Source: Patescibacteria group bacterium (GTDB taxonomy: Bacteria > Patescibacteriota > Gracilibacteria > BD1-5 > UBA6164). From it: a DNA stretch of 64,000 nt. Where the stretch lies: the NCBI GenBank assembly GCA_034676185.1, contig JAUCCN010000002.1, forward strand, positions 5,536-69,535, given 5' to 3'. Below are positions 58,167 to 64,000 of the stretch, one piece after another. A model generated the notes under the pieces. The model saw nothing but the letters and a program-made list of their open reading frames with translations, was not told the DNA's origin and searched no databases. Within the stretch, counting starts at the first letter, position 1, and the number at the start of each line of letters is the position of its first letter. A program made the translations under genes and the position numbers.

Positions 58167-58709
58167 ATGAAAAAATATTTTATAATTTTCCTTTTATTTT
58201 TATTTTCTTGTTCTTCAGGGGAAGAATGAGTGGTAACTTGACTGGTTCTTCATGAAGGCTCTGGGTTTGATATGAGTATTCCATCTAATTGGGAAACTAT
58301 CACTCAAGAATCAAATATGCTTCCAAATCCTAAAAATTCTCAAATAGCATTAGCAGTTTCTTCACAAGATTTAAAATATGGTTTTTCCAATAATCTTTTA
58401 ATTCTTTCACAAGATTTAGATAAAACTATTTCTTCTACTGATTTTTCTATTTGAAATTATGTAGGTTCAACAAAAGAATATCTTGAATTTGTAAAATTAG
58501 ATTCTAAAAATATAGATTTTATAAATGGGGAAAAATCAAATATTTATGTGTTTGAAGCAAAATATAATCCCCAAACTCCAAGATTTAAATATATTCAAAC
58601 AGGAGTTGTTTGTGAAAAGAAAGGATATCTTATTACTGTTGCACTTTCAACGGATGTAAAAGATACTTCAAAATATGAAGAAGTTATAAAAACATTTCAA
58701 TGTAAATAA
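58167..58709 (+). CDS. Hypothetical lipoprotein, 180 aa
   Basis: Lipobox MKKYFIIFLLFLFS-C-SS. Track ORF 58272-58454 is in the same frame. Confidence 0.6.
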
Positions 58710-58734
58710 AAAACTCCTATAAAGGAGATTTTTA
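58708..58734 (+). terminator. rho-independent terminator
   Basis: AAAAACTCCTATAAAGGAGATTTTT. Confidence 0.6.
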
Positions 58735-58749
58735 TTTACATTGAAACAT

Positions 58750-58776
58750 AAAAAAAGGTTCATAGAACCTTTTTTA
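58750..58776 (-). terminator. rho-independent terminator of rplY
   Basis: AAAAAAGGTTCATAGAACCTTTTTT. Confidence 0.6.
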
Positions 58777-59391
58777 TTATTTTTCTGCTTTTGGATCAGC
58801 TGGAAGATCAGCTTGAGGAGCAGTTGTATCAATTACTTCATCTTTTGGTTTTACTGCAATTGCTACTACTTCATCTTGAGAAGTAAGTATTTCATATTTA
58901 TCAGAAATATTGATATCAGAAACTTTTATATTGTCTCCAATTTTTTCTAATTTTGCAAGATCAACTTCAAAGTTATCAACTAAATCAGTTGGTAAACATT
59001 TTACTTCTACTTGTTTTAGAACTTCTTCAATAATTGCTGATTCTTCTATTTTTGCTTTTGATACTCAAACAAAAGTAAGAGGAATATGAGTATGAACTTT
59101 TTCTCATTTTGTAATAGCATAAAAGTCAACATGAATAATGTCCCCACTTACAGGAGCTTTTTGAATTTCATGAAATAAAACATCTATTGTTTTACCATCT
59201 ACATCAAGAGAAACAATACGATTTTCTCAAGCAACACGGTATGCTTTTAAAACATCAGAGCTTCCTAATTTAATACTAAGAGCTTCTTGTTTTTGTCCAT
59301 ATACTATTGCAGGAACTCATTTGTTAGCTCTGAGTGATTTTACTTCTTCTCAAGCCTCTCTTTTTTGGCTTTTTAATACTATTTTTTCCAT
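58777..59391 (-). CDS. rplY: 50S ribosomal protein L25/general stress protein Ctc, 204 aa
   Basis: LRANKGVPAIVYGQKQEALSIKL...VLFHEIQKAPVSGDIIHVDFYAI. Confidence 0.85.
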
Positions 59392-59604
59392 ATCTATTTT
59401 ATTGATTTAAAATATTATAAATGAGTTTTATCTACTAAAGATAAAACATAAGCACGAAAGATTTTATTCAAAAATGAAAAATTATCAAAAGTTTTTTTTA
59501 TTTTCTTTTTTCAGCTTTATAATAAGGCAAAAAAATAATTAAATTTGAAAAAAATAAAAACTTTTTTATAATTTTTGACGTTTTAATTTTTAATTTCAAT
59601 ATAT

Positions 59605-60375
59605 ATGGGAAGAGGACCAGTAATCGCTGCAAAAAAAAATCAATCAAATGCTGCAAAGCAAAAAGTATTTACTATTCATGCAAAACTAATTGCTATTGCA
59701 TCGGAAAAATGATGAGATCCAGATAAAAATCCATCTCTTCAAGATGCGATAGAAAAAGCAAGAAAAGATAATGTACCAAATGATAATATTGCAAGAGCTA
59801 TCAAAAAATGAACCGGTGAAGATAAATCTTGATCTCAAATTAATCAAATTGTTTATGAGTGATACTGAGCTTCTGGAGTTGCTGTAATTGTTACAACTCT
59901 TACAGATAATAAAAATAGAACTGCTCCAAATATGAGACATATTTTTTCAAAATATGGATGAAGTTTATGAGAACCAGGAAGTGTGAGTTTTGTATTTGAA
60001 AAAAAATGAATTCTTATTATTGATTTAGAAAATTATTCAAAAGAGAGTTTAGAAGAATTGGTTTTTGAAACAGCTGTGGATGATTTTTTTGAAGAAGAAT
60101 GAATGTTTAAAGTAATTACTTCTTTGGAAGATTTTAGTGAGGTGAAAAAGTTTTTTCAAGAAAAAAATATTTCTTTTGAATTTGCAGATATTGACTATAT
60201 TCCTTCAAATATAGTAGAAGTTGATGATTTTGATAAAGCTTTAAAATTAACAAAAATGTTAGAGGCATTTGCTGAGGATGAAGATGTGGAAAAAGTATCA
60301 GTAAATATGCATATTTCACCCGACTTACAAAAAGAAGTAGATGAATTTATTGAGAAAAATACATTTAGAACATAA
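59605..60375 (+). CDS. yebC: YebC/PmpR family DNA-binding transcriptional regulator, 256 aa
   Basis: [31 protein letters not shown]...[21 protein letters not shown]. Confidence 0.9.
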
Positions 60376-60378
60376 AAT

Positions 60379-60412
60379 AAAAAAGAGTTATTTCAAGTAA
60401 CTCTTTTTTATT
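60379..60412. terminator. bidirectional terminator
   Basis: AAAAAGAGTTA..TAACTCTTTTT, an 11-bp stem. Confidence 0.6.
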
Positions 60413-62314
60413 TTATCTTACGATTAACTTTTCATCTTTTATTTCAAAATTTACTTTATAGATTCCACTTTTTGTCAGAATACTGAGCTCTCCATCTCTT
60501 GGAACATAAAATCATAAAATACTTTCCATTTTTCCTTCAATTTGTCCTCTATAAGTGAGGCTTTTTGTATCAGTAAATACTTTTGTATTTGGTTCAAAAA
60601 CCCAAATTTTATCATTCAAATACATATAAATATAATTGAGATTGTTTCTTACTACCAGTTTTACTTTACTGTTTCATATAGTATAATTTTGAGGAAGTTT
60701 ATTTAAAACAATACTTTCTAATCTGTATTTTGGAGAAGAGAAAAATTTAAATAATTTTCCATCATCTTTCAGCATATAAATTCAACCATCAATTCAAATA
60801 GAAACTATTTTAGTAAGGTTTTTTGAGTCATTATCATTTAAATATGGAACTCAAGAAGTATATGACCCGGAACTTGGGGCATGTTTATATACTTGATTTT
60901 GTGAGGTATTTGACATATAAATATTGTTGTTATATGTTTCAATATAAGAACTTCATTGCCAAGTAGTTTGTCCTATTACATTTATATAACTAAATTTTCA
61001 GTCTTTTGTTAATTTTATAACTCTTTGTTTTTTGGTGGTAAGAATAATATCATCCCCAACACTCACTCCATCAAGAAATTCATCATCAACTTCTAACTCA
61101 CTAAAGAGATTATTTTTAATATCTTGTCCTGAAATGATAGGACCATATACTGAACTTTTTCCTATTACATAGAGTTTTTTCCCAGTTTCAATAAGTTTTA
61201 TTCCATCATCAAAATTTCATTTAAAAATCAGATTTCCCGTATTTCCTTCAAATACTTCAATTCCATTAAATTGTTTTTTTATAATTGATATATCATCATA
61301 GATATTTTTAATATCATTCATAAACAATTCTTGATCAGCTACTTTCGCAATAAGTTCTTCAGCTTTATTTATATTGAGTTCAAAGGTTTCTTTATTGGCA
61401 AGATTTTGGTTTGCAAGACGAATATATTCTCTTGCTTGGATAAGATTATTTTTATATTCAGTTGTTTTTGAATTTTCAATACCTTTTCATAAAATTCCTG
61501 AAATCATATAAAAAAGTATAAAAGTAGAAATAATAATTCCTCCTAAAAATAGAATATTTTTTACAATTTTTCATCTTGCTTCTATTTTTTCTTTTATAAT
61601 CATCGAAAGTGCAATAGTTTTTTTTGAAAAATTATTATCAAGGAGTTTGTAATATATATTTTTTGCTTTTTCTAATTTGTAATTTACACTACTTCAAGCA
61701 GAAGCATAGTCTGAAAAAATTCAACCAAGAGAAATATTTGATGCGACTTTTTCATCTTTTAAAATATCAGCAATATTATCAGTAATTTTTGATATCTCAT
61801 TTAAACTTCCTATATCTTTCCAATCACTCGTAGTAAGATATTCTCATATATTTTGGCTAGAAAATATTACTACTTCTCAGTAAGTAATTTTTCAGCTTGA
61901 TATATAATCAAAAGAAGTCGCTTTTTCATTTTTATCACTGATTTCTATGACTTCTTTTTTTTGATTTATTAAAAAACAACTTGCTTTTCCGATTTTTGCA
62001 AAATGAAGATTATTTTTTTCTAACAGTCCGATTATAATATGTAAATCGTGTAAATTATTTTCTTTATCTTTGAGAGTTTTTAAGAAAAAATTAATACTTT
62101 CAAGACTTACAGAAAAAGTATTATAGACATCTTTTGTAGTAATGGTGTCTAAAAGATAATCTACTACTTTATTTAAAAGAGGAGTGATGATTTTTTTATT
62201 TTGACTATCTATTAAAATAAAACAATTTATATGTTCATCAATTTGAATATTTTTTCAAGTAGTAGTGTTTTCAGAGAGATCTGTTTGATAATCTTTTACA
62301 TTAAAATGAAACAT
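60413..62314 (-). CDS. Hypothetical single-pass membrane protein (cytoplasmic N-domain, TM, large beta-rich extracytoplasmic domain), 633 aa
   Basis: ATG at 62314 to TAA at 60413, length divisible by 3. The TM segment is ILFLGGIIISTFILFYMISGIL. The C-terminal half has recurring hydrophobic-Y/G beta-strand patterns. Confidence 0.6.
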
Positions 62315-62472
62315 AAAAAAATGAGTTAATAACTAATAATATATTTCTTGAAAGCAAATATAATAAAAAATATTTTTTTTGCAATTTTTTATATGGTATC
62401 TGGACAAAAATTTTTATCGTAATTTATTTTCCATGTTTTGAGTAAAAAGTCAATAAAGAGACAAAAAATCAT

Positions 62473-62500
62473 TTGACAAAAAAATTAAGAGTGCTAAAAG
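62473..62500 (+). promoter_or_regulatory. sigma70-like promoter of pilin gene 3
   Basis: TTGACA, a 16-nt spacer, then an extended -10 TGcTAAAAG. Confidence 0.45.
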
Positions 62501-62572
62501 TATATTACTTATAAAAAAGAAAGTTTAAAAGAGAATTTAATTTTCTATAATTTAATTTTTAAATAATAGTAT

Positions 62573-64000
62573 ATGAAAACTATAAATACAAAAAAGAAAT
62601 CTCTTCCTACATCTTACTGAACGAAAAGAGAAGAAAAAGTTTGTTTTTCTATGAATGTAAAGAAAGGAATTTGAAAATGATTTACTCTCGTTGAACTCAT
62701 TATTGTCATTACTATTTTGGCAATTTTAGCAACGATTGCTTTTATTTCATTTAAAAACTATTCTTGAAATGCTAGAGATGGAAATAGAATAGCAACTGTA
62801 AAAAATCTTCAAAGTGGTTTAGATCTCTACCAAATTAAAGTATGAAATTACCCATTTCCAGACGGTGATCAGATTCTTACTGGAACCATAAATGATCAAC
62901 CTCTTGCCTATAAATGAGAAATAGGAAATAATATAGTAAGCCAAATCAAGTTTTCTAAACTTCCAAGTGATCCAGAAGAATCAAATCAAAAATATGTATA
63001 TGGAATTACCTCCAATAAACAACAATATCAAATCTGAACTGTATTAGAAAACCCAGTGAGTTATGAACCTTACTTTATAACTCCAACATATGCAAATACA
63101 AATTCATATAAAGCAAAAGTAGAATGAAATTATAAATGATATATTTTATTTTTAAGTTGAGGGACAACGTGGATAGCTAATATTCCAAGTCTTATCTATA
63201 ATTTTACTGGAACATTAAGTGGAAGTGGAATAGATTTACTCAATCAAGCTCAAACATACTATTCAGTAAATACTTGAAATAATCTTCCATATCAACTGAA
63301 GAATGCAAAAAATATAAATCAAGAAGAAAGTGATCAAGTCCTTAAAAATAAAACCTGAAATACAGAAGCAAAGCTAGTAACTCTATCAAAAGAAGAATTA
63401 TTAACATATTTTAATAGTGAGGAGGAAACTCCAACTCTTACAACCTGAATAACTAGCGGAGAATTATTATGAAGTTTTTGAGTAAATAATAAAGAAAGTT
63501 TAGAAATTCTTGTTACTTGAAATGCATCTCCACTAACTCCACCAGCCCCAACTACCGTAAACGGAACTTGTGGAAGTGCCAATAAAATATACGAACATAC
63601 AGATACAACATATTGAACTGGTACATTTTGTGAGAGCGGAATTTCAAATCCAGCAACTCCAGTGTTTCCAACTGAATGAACCCCAACTACTTGGACTTGT
63701 GAATGAAGCGGAACTCCTACTTGAACTACTGCAAACTGTACTGCTAATAAGGCATCTTCCCTAACAAGTGTAAGCCAAACTCAATGTACATCAGCTTGAT
63801 GGGCTTGGATATCAGAGGCAAATGATGTATACATTTGAGATACGAGATGAAACTGATTTTGTATTTCACCAACTATAGATATATGAGACTTAGCTGGACA
63901 ATGAATATCATGGAATGGATGGGGAAATCTTTCATCAAATATAAATTATAATGGATGGAATACAGATACCTGGGCAAGTACTATCAGAGATAGTGATGTC
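62573..64000 (+). CDS. Type IV pilin-like protein 3 (partial, runs off the window)
   Basis: ...MNVKKGIGKG/FTLVELIIVITILAILATIAF. An alternative start is ATG at 62651. It shares GNYKGYI..F.SGG...IANIPSL and the Cys motif CGSANKIY...FCESG...WTCEGSG..ANCTA with pilin 1. The frame is open to position 64000. Confidence 0.8.

Noticed and set aside
1-64000. The heavy fragmentation of ORFs might mean pseudogenisation or a frameshift-rich, poor-quality assembly.
   Set aside because: The fragments are in the same frame and are separated only by TGA. Those TGA codons fall on conserved glycines, and the joined proteins have normal lengths. The explanation is code 25, not decay.
1-64000. Search for CRISPR arrays, transposases or IS ends, integrases, prophage genes and rRNA.
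   Set aside because: No regularly spaced direct repeats, DDE or tyrosine-recombinase motifs, or rRNA-like conserved blocks were noticed on either strand.

Overview
This is a very AT-rich, gene-dense bacterial chromosome segment. It is only coherent when UGA is read as glycine (translation table 25), which points to Gracilibacteria or Absconditabacteria/SR1 in the Candidate Phyla Radiation. The supplied ORF track assumes a standard stop set and is therefore fragmented. Re-reading TGA as Gly fuses the fragments into about 68 CDS on both strands. Every one of these models ends in TAA or TAG.

Content, as called from motifs read by eye:
- Housekeeping genes: a mutS C-terminal fragment, htpG, smpB, bcp, valS, rplL, rplJ, rpmE, miaA, nth, dnaN, ftsQ-like, rbfA, rpsU, recF, gatC, rplY and yebC.
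- Four tRNAs: Gln-CUG, Leu-UAG, Tyr-GUA and Thr-UGU.
- Dispersed type IV pilus machinery: pilB, pilT and pilD, plus three large modular pilin-like proteins.
- A glycan or peptide-modification-like cluster: ABC exporter, TupA-like ATP-grasp, GT2 and an oxidoreductase.
- A Type III restriction-modification system preceded by a GC-enriched structured RNA.
- earP, an rnhB-queH fusion and two LPXTG-like sorted surface proteins.

Most interesting observations:
1. A pilin carries an ALK/LTK-type glycine-rich domain whose poly-Gly tracts are written as runs of TGA.
2. A paralogous pilin carries a fibrinogen-like domain.
3. A structured leader or ncRNA of about 215 nt has mutually exclusive helices, and its terminator abuts the mod start codon.
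4. A duplicated element of about 115 bp encodes a conserved Tyr-rich mini-ORF next to the ABC/ATP-grasp cluster.

No rRNA, CRISPR array or transposase was seen. All homology calls come from motifs read by eye and need HMM/BLAST confirmation.
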